Origin: an uncultured Oscillospiraceae bacterium | GTDB taxonomy: Bacteria > Bacillota > Clostridia > Oscillospirales > Ruminococcaceae | Length of the DNA stretch: 62,477 nucleotides | NCBI GenBank assembly: GCA_910578965.1 | Contig: CAJTSP010000002.1 | Coordinates: 1 to 62,477 of the forward strand | Reading direction: 5' to 3' | Shown: piece by piece, positions 15,840 to 24,917 of the stretch | How the letters are laid out: each line of letters starts with the position of its first letter | How positions within the stretch are numbered: position 1 is the stretch's first letter | Position numbers and translations under genes: made by a program | Notes under the pieces: model-generated | Told to the model about the DNA's origin: nothing | What the model saw: the letters and a program-made list of their open reading frames with translations, nothing else | Database searches by the model: none

Positions 15840-17150
15840 CTATAGGTTTCCCGGGTGGCGCCTTTGCCAGAGCTTTTGGTAGAGTGCGGGCGCCGCTTTC
15901 GCCAGCAAAACGGCCAGCCGGTGCCGAAGGTACCGTACCGCCAATACCGCCGTACACCTGCCGTTATTCCACAACAGGGCGGCCTGCAGCGCCAGGCGCC
16001 TCGCCGCGGGCGCCGTCCCGCCGTCCGGGCAGGCGCCCAAAAGGTCTTTGCATATCTTTTGCGCAAAGATACGGTAAGAATACCTGCCCGAGGCCACAAG
16101 ATGCTCATGGCACTGCTCCGCAATCCGTTCGCAGGCCTCTTTATCGCGGATCCGGCCTATAACCTCCTGCAAATTGGAAAAATCCTTTCGTATCGGGATA
16201 TAATCGATCCCTGCGGTTAGGATACCCTGGTAATCGTCCTCAACCAAAATCTGGCAGGTACGTGTCATGGCGCATTCAAAAATTTTGGGGCCAAAGAGAT
16301 GAGATTGTATCCTGCCGTCCTGCCCCGGATAGCAGGCCTGCTCCACCTCGTGATAGGAGGCATCCGGATGGGTCAGCATATATTCCGCGGCGCGCCGCCG
16401 CAGCTCCCCGTCGGGATCCATGAGGCTGGAGCCTCCCAGGCAGCCGATGGCCGTCCTGCAGTTGCACAGGTAGCGAAGCCAGCGGCTGCCCACAATGGTA
16501 TTTACATAGCCGGCGCCGGTCATCTGGATGTCGGTTACCAGGTCCGGGCAGGCGTCAAGCGCCCTGCGCATTTCCAGCGCGACCCGCGTTTTGAGATAGC
16601 CGTGCAGCCCAAAGGCGTAATCCGACCGGAGCGCCCGGTACCCCACATCGATCCGCCGCCTGCCGTAGCTTTTGCGGCGCAGCTTTTTCTCCTGCGTTTC
16701 CTCCACATAGCCCGGCAGCACGGTGCTGCACAGGTTATGCTTGCCGGTTTGGGCATAGGGGAACAGCGTTTCATAATCTTTGGGATAGCAGGTGGCGTAT
16801 ACATGCGCGACATCCAAATCCCGGATCATACGCCAAAGCGCTCTTGTAAACACATATTCATCATGCACAAGAAACACTTTATACCCGCACAGGCGTCTCA
16901 GGGCGGGGAGCAGCCGCTCATACTGCTCCTGGAAATCCCGGTCAAAGCGCGTTGCCAAAAAAGTATAATGAAAAATCACCGCATCAAAGGGATATTGCAG
17001 CACGGGCCCTCCCAGCGAGGCCGGCCCCTGCACATCCAAATAAGTAAACCGGCAGTTTTCCCCATATCGCTTAAAGGCATACAGGTGATCCCGGATGGTG
17101 GCCCGGTCTATCAGCCTAAACCTGCGGTAGATTATCAATACGTCCATCAA
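15840..17150 (-). CDS. glycosyltransferase, CgeB/Glyco_trans_1_2-like C-terminal domain (paralog 2)
   Basis: See 11254..12648. ATGA overlap with the upstream GT4 gene. Confidence 0.6.
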   Translation of the reverse strand: MMDVLIIYRRFRLIDRATIRDHLYAFKRYGENCRFTYLDVQGPASLGGPVLQYPFDAVIFHYTFLATRFDRDFQEQYERLLPALRRLCGYKVFLVHDEYVFTRALWRMIRDLDVAHVYATCYPKDYETLFPYAQTGKHNLCSTVLPGYVEETQEKKLRRKSYGRRRIDVGYRALRSDYAFGLHGYLKTRVALEMRRALDACPDLVTDIQMTGAGYVNTIVGSRWLRYLCNCRTAIGCLGGSSLMDPDGELRRRAAEYMLTHPDASYHEVEQACYPGQDGRIQSHLFGPKIFECAMTRTCQILVEDDYQGILTAGIDYIPIRKDFSNLQEVIGRIRDKEACERIAEQCHEHLVASGRYSYRIFAQKICKDLLGACPDGGTAPAARRLALQAALLWNNGRCTAVLAVRYLRHRLAVLLAKAAPALYQKLWQRRHPGNL

Positions 17151-18289
17151 GCCAAGCTCTCACAATCTGCGTCGTCCTTATACAGCCTGCACAACGCTTT
17201 CCCCATAGTCTCCACATCCGCCGCCCCAATCAGGCGGCGAAAAGCCTCCTGCCGTTTTTGCTGCGCGCGCGCAGCCTCCCCAAAAGCGTCCGCCCATGCT
17301 TTGCAGCCGGCCTTCAGCGCAAGCCGCGTTACATTGCCAAAGCGGCAGGACTCGGGCGGGACGCCGTCTGATACCACACACGGCAGCCCGCTGCACTGTG
17401 CCTCCAGCAGCGCCATCGGCATCCCCTCGTATCTGGACGGCATCACAAACAGATCCATCGCGCAAAAATAGTCCTCCACGTTTTGTACCCGCCCAGTAAA
17501 GGCTACCCTTGGCCCCAGGCCCAGCTCCCGCGCCTTTTGCTCAAGCTTGCCGCGCAGGCTGCCCTCCCCCACAAGCAGCAAAAGGGCGTCGGGGCAGGCC
17601 TTTTGAAAAACCGCAAAGCAGCAAAGCAGGTATTCCAGGTTTTTTTCTTCTTCCAGCCGCCCTACGGCCCCGATTATCCACGCATCCCCTTTGCCCAGCT
17701 TTTGCCTTTGCACGGCACGGCGGGACTGGTCAAATGCAAAGCGCTCCAGCTCGATGCCGTTGGAAAGGATCGTGACACGGCCGGCCTCGATCTGTTTTTG
17801 CGGGAAAAGGAAATATGCCGCAGCCTTAGAGCAGGCAACCATTTTTGTCGCCGTTTTTTGGGCATATTGGCGCACCGCAGCGTATCGCAGCCTGCGAAGC
17901 AGGCTTAGGTTTTCGGCCGGGGAGGTGTGGGAATGAAGAATCCTTACGCGGCACCCCAACGCTTTCAGGCAATGCAGCACGATTACCACCGAATGCGAAC
18001 AGGTGTTCATATGTGTAATCAGCCCCGGTTCTGCACGCAGAAAACGCTTTAGGGCAGGATATTGAAAAAGCAGCGAAAAAAACGTGTCTTTTTTTGTGCC
18101 GTCTGTAAAGCAGCTCACCGCAATCCCGCATTTGCGGTGGCGTTGGACGAGACTGCTGTCGTACCGGCCCAAAACGGCAAGCTCCACTGTCCAGCCTGCC
18201 CGCATCAATTGGGCCGCCGCATTCTCAAAAAAGCTTTCGACCCCGCCGCCATCACACATGGTGGAAAGGATATACCGCACGCTTTTCAA
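17147..18289 (-). CDS. glycosyltransferase family 4 (GT-B, group 1)
   Basis: EGMPMALLEAQCSGLPCVVSD (E-x7-E signature). 380 aa. ATGA overlap with the upstream GT2 gene. Confidence 0.85.
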   Translation of the reverse strand: MKSVRYILSTMCDGGGVESFFENAAAQLMRAGWTVELAVLGRYDSSLVQRHRKCGIAVSCFTDGTKKDTFFSLLFQYPALKRFLRAEPGLITHMNTCSHSVVIVLHCLKALGCRVRILHSHTSPAENLSLLRRLRYAAVRQYAQKTATKMVACSKAAAYFLFPQKQIEAGRVTILSNGIELERFAFDQSRRAVQRQKLGKGDAWIIGAVGRLEEEKNLEYLLCCFAVFQKACPDALLLLVGEGSLRGKLEQKARELGLGPRVAFTGRVQNVEDYFCAMDLFVMPSRYEGMPMALLEAQCSGLPCVVSDGVPPESCRFGNVTRLALKAGCKAWADAFGEAARAQQKRQEAFRRLIGAADVETMGKALCRLYKDDADCESLA

Positions 18290-19191
18290 TTCTGGGTCTC
18301 CTCTCCTCCGGGCGAAAGCCGCCGTATGGCCGGAAAAAAGAACACGCCCCTAAAAAAGCCGCTCCATATAATCCCCAGCTTTTTTAGGCGCTGGCGCCCC
18401 GACCAAAGGACCTGCAGCGAATGCCATAAATCCTTTACAACCAGATAAGCCCATCCCACCGGCCCCTCGCGCCGGAACAGTACAACGTCGTTCCGGTAAA
18501 AATACCGGTACCTGTCCAGCCTGCCGGGCGCATCTGTTGCAATATTGACGGGCGTATTGCTCTGCATGGCATGGATCACGATACTGTCCGGCACCAGGTA
18601 ACAGGGGTATCGCAGCGAAATGCGCCGCGTATATTCCCAATCGTCGCACCAGATAAAAAAATCCTCTATAGGCAGCCCGAGCTCCCTCACACGCGCAGCA
18701 TCCAAAAACAGCGACACAAAAGAGGACATCACTACCGGCGTCAACCCCTGCGCAGTATCCGGCACATCACGAAAAATCGTATCCCGCTGGCGGTTCATCA
18801 CGCAGGGCTGCCCATCCTTCCATAAAACCCGGCTTCCCAAAAAGCCATATGCGCCCTCCTGCGCCGAATCTGCAGCCAAAAGGCGCTGCAACGCAGCCTG
18901 CTGCGGCAGCGTATCGTCATCCATAATCCACAGCTTCTTATAGCCAAGCGACACCGCCATCTCGATTGCCCTGCAAAACCCGCCGGCCCCGCCTAAATTT
19001 TTTTCCGAGCGATAATACCGTATGAACGACTCCGTATATTTTTGCTGCATCATCTGCTGCGTCCCGTCGGAACTGGCATTGTCAAAAACCAAAATATCCG
19101 GCGCAACCGGCTTTTGCTGAACCACCGCCTGCAAGCACTGCTCCAGCAGCGCTTGCCGATTGTAGGTTACGATTACCGCCGCAATTTCCAC
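18286..19191 (-). CDS. glycosyltransferase family 2
   Basis: AAVIVTYNRQALLEQCL...DNASSDGT and WIMDDD motifs. GTG start with GGTGGGAAGGAAG RBS. Confidence 0.85.
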   Translation of the reverse strand: MEIAAVIVTYNRQALLEQCLQAVVQQKPVAPDILVFDNASSDGTQQMMQQKYTESFIRYYRSEKNLGGAGGFCRAIEMAVSLGYKKLWIMDDDTLPQQAALQRLLAADSAQEGAYGFLGSRVLWKDGQPCVMNRQRDTIFRDVPDTAQGLTPVVMSSFVSLFLDAARVRELGLPIEDFFIWCDDWEYTRRISLRYPCYLVPDSIVIHAMQSNTPVNIATDAPGRLDRYRYFYRNDVVLFRREGPVGWAYLVVKDLWHSLQVLWSGRQRLKKLGIIWSGFFRGVFFFPAIRRLSPGGEETQN

Positions 19192-19215
19192 TGCTTCCTT
19201 CCCACCTTCGTTTCA

Positions 19216-19244
19216 TTGACAAGCCCGCCATAAAAGATTATGAT
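19216..19244 (+). promoter_or_regulatory. sigma-A type promoter, TTGACA-17 nt-TATGAT
   Basis: TTGACA at 19216-19221 and TATGAT at 19239-19244, ~47 nt upstream of the ATG at 19291. Confidence 0.6.
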
Positions 19245-19290
19245 GTTTCCAGATCAGGCTGCCGCCGCATTTATCATAAAGGAGCAAGCC

Positions 19291-20559
19291 ATGAAGGTCC
19301 TTTTTTTAATTCATCGGTTCTTCCCCTGCGGGGACGCCGCGACAAAATGTGTAGCCGGGCTGCTCGCCCCCCTGCAGGCGCAGGGAATCGCCGCGGATGT
19401 CCTTTGCGTCACCCCGTATCCGTCTGCGCCTGTATCGGACATCGGCGGCGGCAGGGGGCAGGTCTTTCGTAGCTGGGCCCCCGGGTGTGCGGATCGGGAA
19501 GAATTTCGGCTGCTGCTAAAAAGCTCCCCTGCGGCTGCGGCGGCATGCATAGTGCAAAAGCTCTGGTTTCGGGCTATGCGGCGGCTCATTGCCGCCTTCC
19601 GGCAGAGCGGAATGGACTGGGGGCTCTACCATGCCTTCCGCACCAGGCTAAAAAAGATTTTGCGTACCCGCCGCTATGACGCCGTTATCGCAACGGTCTG
19701 CTGTATCGAGAGCGCATGGGCCGTATATATGCTTTGCCCCGAGGCCCCGTGGTACCTGTACCAGCTTGACCCTTACAGCGAAAACGAGGAAATGGCCCCG
19801 GCATCCCGCGCCGCCCGGCGCCGCATAGAGCAGCGGCTGTATCAAAAGGCTGCCGCGGTGTTTACTACCGGGCCGGTCTATCGGCAAAAGCAGGCGGCAG
19901 GTTTCCCCTTTTTAGAAAAATGCAGCGTCCTGGAGTTCCCGCTCATCCAGCCGCAGCCCGCTCAAAGCGGCCCGGGACATCCCGAAGGCAACATTGTGTG
20001 TGCCTTTACGGGGACCCTGTATCCGGGGATACGCCCGCCCGAAGAGTTTGTGCGGCTGGTATCCAGGCTGAAAATGCCAAAGGCTGTTTTTTGCTGTGCC
20101 GGCAGCAGGCAGCACCTGATAACGCAGGCCCCGGACTACCCGGCCGCCGCACCCTATTTGCGCTGCCTTGGCCGGGTTCCCACCGAAACCGCCGACGCCC
20201 TCGTGGATGCCGCAGATTTCCTTATCAATATCGACAACCGCGCCTCCAATCAGGTGCCCAGCAAGATTTTTGAATATATCAGCACCGGAAAGCCCGTAAT
20301 CAACCTTCACTCCGGCGATACCTGCCCTTCCGGGGCCTACCTCCGGCGTTATCCCCTTGCGCTGGACATAGATTGCACAAGGGACGCGGCCGAAAACGCC
20401 CTATTGCTGGAGCGGTTTTTGACCGATTCGCTGGGGCAGCGCGTCCCCCCTGCCGTTATCCGGGCCAATTTTGCCGAATGCACGCCCGCTTACGTTGCGC
20501 AAAAGATGGCTGCGGTGCTGCTGCACCCAAAACATACGGCTGTCCCGGCCAAAACATAG
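19291..20559 (+). CDS. putative GT-B glycosyltransferase (family uncertain); the only plus-strand gene in the glycan locus
   Basis: ORF 19240..20559. AAAGGAG RBS 7 nt before the internal ATG at 19291 (MKVLFLIHRFFPCGDAA...). GT-B-like layout. Confidence 0.55.
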   Translation: MKVLFLIHRFFPCGDAATKCVAGLLAPLQAQGIAADVLCVTPYPSAPVSDIGGGRGQVFRSWAPGCADREEFRLLLKSSPAAAAACIVQKLWFRAMRRLIAAFRQSGMDWGLYHAFRTRLKKILRTRRYDAVIATVCCIESAWAVYMLCPEAPWYLYQLDPYSENEEMAPASRAARRRIEQRLYQKAAAVFTTGPVYRQKQAAGFPFLEKCSVLEFPLIQPQPAQSGPGHPEGNIVCAFTGTLYPGIRPPEEFVRLVSRLKMPKAVFCCAGSRQHLITQAPDYPAAAPYLRCLGRVPTETADALVDAADFLINIDNRASNQVPSKIFEYISTGKPVINLHSGDTCPSGAYLRRYPLALDIDCTRDAAENALLLERFLTDSLGQRVPPAVIRANFAECTPAYVAQKMAAVLLHPKHTAVPAKT

Positions 20560-20717
20560 CAAAGTATGCGATTGCGGCCGGCGCAGCGGCCCGGCAGAAG
20601 GCGGGGCGCAGGCAGGGGCCTTGCGCATGCGGGCAATATCCGGCGGCCATTTTATTTCTTAGGCACAGCGTCCCTTTTGCGGAACCGCCTCCCGCCCGGC
20701 CGCTTTGCGGCGCCCTG

Positions 20718-21764
20718 TCACCTGCCGTTGGTTGAAAGCGCCGTTTGGACATAGTCGGTAGTCAAAAGCTTTTCAACAACCCCGCCTACATCCAAACGGT
20801 TTGTATTATGGCTCGTATAGGCTTCGTCGGCCATAGTCCGCACCTCGCCCTTTACCACAAATTTATCATAGTTCAGGTCACGGCTGTCTGCCGTAACACG
20901 ATAATACCTCCCCATGTCCTCACTGCGCAGGCGCTCCTCACAGGTCATCAGCGTTTCATATAGCTTTTCGCCATGGCGAGTGCCGATAACGCGGGTACCC
21001 GTATCCCCAAACAGCCGCTGCACGGCTTTGGCAAGGTCGCCGATTGTAGAGGCGTCGGCCTTTTGGATGAACAGATCGCCCGGCCTGGCATTTTGGAACG
21101 CAAACAAAACCAACTGAACGGCCTCATCCAGGCTCATTAAAAAACGGGTCATATCGGGATTGGTAATGGTAATCTCGTGGCCTGCGCGGATCTGGTCGAT
21201 AAACAGCGGGATCACGCTTCCCCTGCTGCACATAACATTGCCGTAGCGGGTGCAGCAAAGTATCGTGCCGCGCTCGGCAGCAGCACGTGCATTGGCGTAT
21301 ACAATATGCTCCATCAGGGCTTTTGTGATCCCCATTGTATTGATGGGATAAGCCGCCTTGTCTGTAGAAAGGAAAACAACGTTTTTTACATGGTTTTCCA
21401 TGGCGGCATGGATGACATTATCCGTACCGATGACATTCGAGCGGACCGCCTCCATCGGGAAAAACTCACAACTCGGAACCTCCTTTAATGCCGCGGCATG
21501 AAACACATAGTCCACCCCCGGCATGGCATCGCATAGGCTGCGCTCGTTGCGTATATCGCCAATGTAAAATTTCACCTTGCCAAAGCATTCCGGGTACAAA
21601 GCCTGCAGCTCATGGCGCATATCGTCCTGTTTTTTTTCGTCGCGGGAGAAAATACGGATTTCCCCAATATCGCCAACAAGAAAATGGCGCAGGACCGTAT
21701 TTCCAAAGCTGCCTGTGCCGCCTGTAATCATCAGGCACTTATCTCGAAACACAGATTTTTCCAT
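20718..21764 (-). CDS. CapE/FnlA/WbjB-type UDP-N-acetylglucosamine 4,6-dehydratase (5-epimerising)
   Basis: LMITGGTGSFGNTVLRHF, EIRIFSRDEKKQDDMR, YVFHAAALKEVPSCEFFPMEAV, STDKAAYPIN, TRYGNVMCSRGSVIPLFIDQI, and a YTSHNT C-terminus. Near-collinear with S. aureus CapE as I remember it. Confidence 0.85.
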   Translation of the reverse strand: MEKSVFRDKCLMITGGTGSFGNTVLRHFLVGDIGEIRIFSRDEKKQDDMRHELQALYPECFGKVKFYIGDIRNERSLCDAMPGVDYVFHAAALKEVPSCEFFPMEAVRSNVIGTDNVIHAAMENHVKNVVFLSTDKAAYPINTMGITKALMEHIVYANARAAAERGTILCCTRYGNVMCSRGSVIPLFIDQIRAGHEITITNPDMTRFLMSLDEAVQLVLFAFQNARPGDLFIQKADASTIGDLAKAVQRLFGDTGTRVIGTRHGEKLYETLMTCEERLRSEDMGRYYRVTADSRDLNYDKFVVKGEVRTMADEAYTSHNTNRLDVGGVVEKLLTTDYVQTALSTNGR

Positions 21765-21798
21765 AAAACTCCTATCCTCCCAAGGGGTATTGCCCTTT

Positions 21799-22593
21799 TT
21801 ATAAATTCAGCTTTACCCTGCAATTTGCACCGGAAGTAACCTTTCGCATAACAAAAGCCGTCCCCTTTTTTAGCCAATGCTGGTTTTCCATATTGATAAC
21901 CGGCAGCTCGGTGTAGGGGCAGCGGTTTTCCTCAATCCAGACATCCAGCAAGCGCTCGGCCACAAAGCCAAAAACACGCTGGTCATAGGGCGTATAGCCC
22001 CGAATGTCCAGCCGGCGCTCCAGCTCAAACAAAATGTCAAAAAGCCAGTTGCAGTATTCATCCAAAAGGTCACGGCGCATAACGAACATATTAAAACGAT
22101 GCCCGGTAGTTTTTTTCATGTAAGCATCATAAAAGGGGATATATGCGCCGTACCTTTCCTGCAGGATCCCTCTTGTTTTATCCAAATTCTCCGCATGGTG
22201 GGCGTGGACATACTGGCTGTAATTGGTTTCAATGACATAATCCCGTTTGCACGGCAAAAGCACGGGCGCGCTTTCCAAACATGCGGCGGCCTTTTCGTAT
22301 CGCAATATGTGCTGCCGCGCCGGGGTAAGCAGCGGCCTTTTTTCACCAAAATAGCGCCGGTAATGGCATAAGCCAATATAGGAATCATCCAGGTTTTTCC
22401 ATGCCCAGTACAGCCCTGTGAGCTCGCAAAAATAAGGGTTCCTTTCGCTGATATTGTCGCCCGTATCGTCCCCTATATAAGGCAACGGCGGGTTTAGGGC
22501 AGACCCAACCTGGACCGGGATATACATCGGATCATCCGGCATTGGGTATTCCTTATGGGTCGCCACAACGATCCGGATTGTCTTGTCAGCCAC
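21799..22593 (-). CDS. DUF4422-family glycosyltransferase
   Basis: IRIVVATHKEYPMPDDPMYIPVQVG...NPYFCELTGLYWAWKN. The probable GTG start at 22593 lies 6 nt after GGAGG (the track ORF extends to 22638). Confidence 0.75.
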   Translation of the reverse strand: MADKTIRIVVATHKEYPMPDDPMYIPVQVGSALNPPLPYIGDDTGDNISERNPYFCELTGLYWAWKNLDDSYIGLCHYRRYFGEKRPLLTPARQHILRYEKAAACLESAPVLLPCKRDYVIETNYSQYVHAHHAENLDKTRGILQERYGAYIPFYDAYMKKTTGHRFNMFVMRRDLLDEYCNWLFDILFELERRLDIRGYTPYDQRVFGFVAERLLDVWIEENRCPYTELPVINMENQHWLKKGTAFVMRKVTSGANCRVKLNL

Positions 22594-22997
22594 ACGTATC
22601 CTCCAAAATCGCTTTCCTTCGGTTCGCCAGCCTGCCAAGGGCGGTTTTCAACGAGGATGCCGGCGGCCGGCCAAAGGCCTCCGCTCGCAAAGCGCCGGGC
22701 GCCGCTATTCCCCTGCAGGCCCTGCGCCCCGGCCCCCAATGCCGAGCCGCGCCCGGCGGCGCGCCATGCAAGGCGGCGCCTGCCTGAAAGCAGGACCCGG
22801 CGCGCCCCTCTGTGCACGGCTTTGGCCGGCCCTATGCAGCAACCGCCTCCTCAAAAGCGCGCCGCTCCCAAAACCGCTCTGCCTGCGCATAGCCGGCAAA
22901 GCCGGGGCAGGCGTTTTGCAGGGTGTCGCCGCTATATACACAGTAACATGTATTATGTTGTAGTATAAACCAGAAAAGCGCGCATTTACCCTGTAAA
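22594..22997 (-). other. ~400-nt GC-rich untranslated leader between the consensus promoter and the first glycan gene
   Basis: No credible ORF (only Arg/Ala/Pro-rich shadow ORFs). Multiple GC-rich self-complementary stretches. Confidence 0.5.
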
Positions 22998-23026
22998 ATT
23001 ATACTCTGTTCGATTTTTTCTGTCAA
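22998..23026 (-). promoter_or_regulatory. perfect consensus sigma-A promoter, TTGACA-17 nt-TATAAT
   Basis: The minus strand reads TTGACAgaaaaaatcgaacagagTATAAT. The -35 is at 23026-23021 and the -10 at 23003-22998. Confidence 0.75.
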
Positions 23027-23078
23027 CCACGCCCCCTCTGTTTTTCGCCTTTTACCGCACATTCCCATTTCCGGTACG

Positions 23079-23111
23079 AAAAAAGCGCACAAAATATCCC
23101 GATTCTGTGCG
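23079..23111 (-). terminator. intrinsic terminator downstream of the AT-rich orphan gene
   Basis: Arms gcgcaca (23085-91) and tgtgcg (23106-11) with a 14-nt loop, followed on the minus strand by T6 (plus-strand A6 at 23079-84). Confidence 0.45.
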
Positions 23112-23321
23112 TTTTCCTCAAAGCAGGTACGATCTGTCCGTTTTTTATTTTATAAACAATGGGCAGCCAGAATTTTCATGCCAAAAACGCGAAAGCCTCA
23201 GATTATTTATTCTGTTGTGTCTCATGTTTTTCCTTGCAGGGGGAGCTTCATCACGGCCAAATCCGCCGCCCCGCACTTTCGCCATGCCTTTTTGCCCCGG
23301 CTCCCCCTGTACCGTCTCCCT

Positions 23322-24917
23322 TCAAAATAGCTGATCCCATTTTTCCGCATTTGCTTTTGACAGCTCGCGTATCATATTATTCTGCTTGTCAACTTCTTGC
23401 TTAGCGTTCCCGCAAAAGAAGTCTTGGATATCGTAATAATTACGCAGTACAAACAATATGCCTAACGTCTTTTCGCTTGAGCTTGCATTGATCTGTAGGA
23501 TTTCATCCTCTATGATAGTGCGGATTTTACCCGAACAATCCAAAAGGGAAGCAACCTTATCAGCAACATTCAGCCGGCGCATTACTGCATCTAAGGAGGC
23601 AAGCATGATTGTTTCGAGCGAGCAAAGCTTTTGCTTGCTGACAGCGTATCCCAAAGCGAGAAAATAGCACAAAAGCTGTATTTTTTTATAATGGACATTC
23701 GGAAATGTCGGGCACAGTTCTTTTGCACGTTCTAAATAAACCAAGGCCTCTTGTACACAATGTAAAATTTTTATCAGTTCTACTTCCGTAAGGGTAAGAA
23801 CCGTTTCATCTATTGTTTTCCCCACACGGATAGGATCCTGCTCAACCTTCAAAAGGGCCCGAATTTCATACATTTCGATATCCGCCAAATTTACATAGGT
23901 CAAATGGCGATGAGGGTTTTTCTTAAGCGCCATGTTCAGATTCTGTTTAGCCAGCTCCATCTCCTTGTTTTTCGAATAAGCGTTATCATTTAGATATGCC
24001 TTTTGCATATATGAAACGCCAAGATCATTGTATACGTTGTATTCATAAACCGAAAAATACTTTAACTCGATTGAATTTATATATTCGTTGATTGATTCCC
24101 TTAAACGAGACTCGCAAGCAGCTTTATCTTCGCCCAAAAAGGTCCCGCATTTATATAGCCAAAAATAGGTTAATCCCTTATAATAGTAATAGGCGCCCTG
24201 CATTTCGACACTTTTGATCAGCGGCCTCGCCTTCTCAAAATATTGAATGGCCGATTTCAGGTTTTTTTGGGACTCTTCGGGATTTTTTGAGCAAAGGTAT
24301 TGGCCAAGCACTACATATGCTCTTGCTTCATGATAGTAAATCGTATATTTTTCTTCGTCGGAGGATTCATAGGTTGCGTCCAGCCAAAGTTGTTCCATCT
24401 TTTTTCCAAACTGAATTACTTGATTTAACAAATCAATGCATTCTGTAGAATCCGGCAAAAGCTCAGAATAATCCCAGCAAGACTGCATTAAAAGCCGGAT
24501 AATATAGCCATTTCTTTGTTCACGTTTATGAAGGTCTTCAAGTTGTTGCTTTTTAAACCTAAAAAACGCGTTGTTATCTAAAAAATAAATCGCGCTTATT
24601 TCTTCGTTCAAATGGAGGGTTTCCAGCGCTTCCTCTGCTTCAAGGAGCTTTTCTTCCAGCTCTTTAAGCTTTTGCTCCCGGTTGATTCCAATAAGTGTTG
24701 AAATAATGCTGACAAAGGCAATGGCTGCCGCTGTTATGGTTAAGGTTATCTCCTGCAAAGACTCCAAACGGCTTATGTCGGGAGCACGGCCAAACATAAT
24801 AACGTATAAAACGCAAAGCGAAAACACAATAACAAGGCCCGATATAACAAACAGCAATATTTTTATTCCATTCAATGCGCTCATTGAACCCTTTTGCGTA
24901 TTGTTTTTGCTTTTCAT
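23322..24917 (-). CDS. orphan membrane-anchored helical-repeat (TPR-like) protein, function unknown
   Basis: 531 aa. Two N-terminal TM helices (ILLFVISGLVIVFSLCVLYVIMF; ITLTITAAAIAFVSIISTLIG), a coiled coil (KLKELEEKLLEAEEALETL), then Y/L/A-rich helical repeats. K/N/Y/I/E-rich AT-rich codon usage unlike all neighbours. AAGGTGA RBS. Confidence 0.8.
   Translation of the reverse strand: MKSKNNTQKGSMSALNGIKILLFVISGLVIVFSLCVLYVIMFGRAPDISRLESLQEITLTITAAAIAFVSIISTLIGINREQKLKELEEKLLEAEEALETLHLNEEISAIYFLDNNAFFRFKKQQLEDLHKREQRNGYIIRLLMQSCWDYSELLPDSTECIDLLNQVIQFGKKMEQLWLDATYESSDEEKYTIYYHEARAYVVLGQYLCSKNPEESQKNLKSAIQYFEKARPLIKSVEMQGAYYYYKGLTYFWLYKCGTFLGEDKAACESRLRESINEYINSIELKYFSVYEYNVYNDLGVSYMQKAYLNDNAYSKNKEMELAKQNLNMALKKNPHRHLTYVNLADIEMYEIRALLKVEQDPIRVGKTIDETVLTLTEVELIKILHCVQEALVYLERAKELCPTFPNVHYKKIQLLCYFLALGYAVSKQKLCSLETIMLASLDAVMRRLNVADKVASLLDCSGKIRTIIEDEILQINASSSEKTLGILFVLRNYYDIQDFFCGNAKQEVDKQNNMIRELSKANAEKWDQLF

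Noticed and set aside
22840-22847. ops/JUMPstart-like GGCGGTTG in the glycan leader (minus strand)
   Set aside because: Only a partial match to GGCGGTAGCGTG. RfaH/ops is a proteobacterial system, and such GC-rich octamers are expected by chance here.
22930-23130. Possible invertible promoter (inverton) around the consensus promoter of the glycan operon
   Set aside because: I looked for flanking inverted repeats of 10 nt or more on both sides of 22998-23026. I found only short or direct similarities (gaaaagcgcgca / aaaaagcgcaca), and no recombinase is nearby.
23107-23404. Small plus-strand ORFs (75 and 81 aa) downstream of the AT-rich gene
   Set aside because: No RBS, and they overlap each other and the 3' end of the TPR-like gene. 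The composition is not protein-like.
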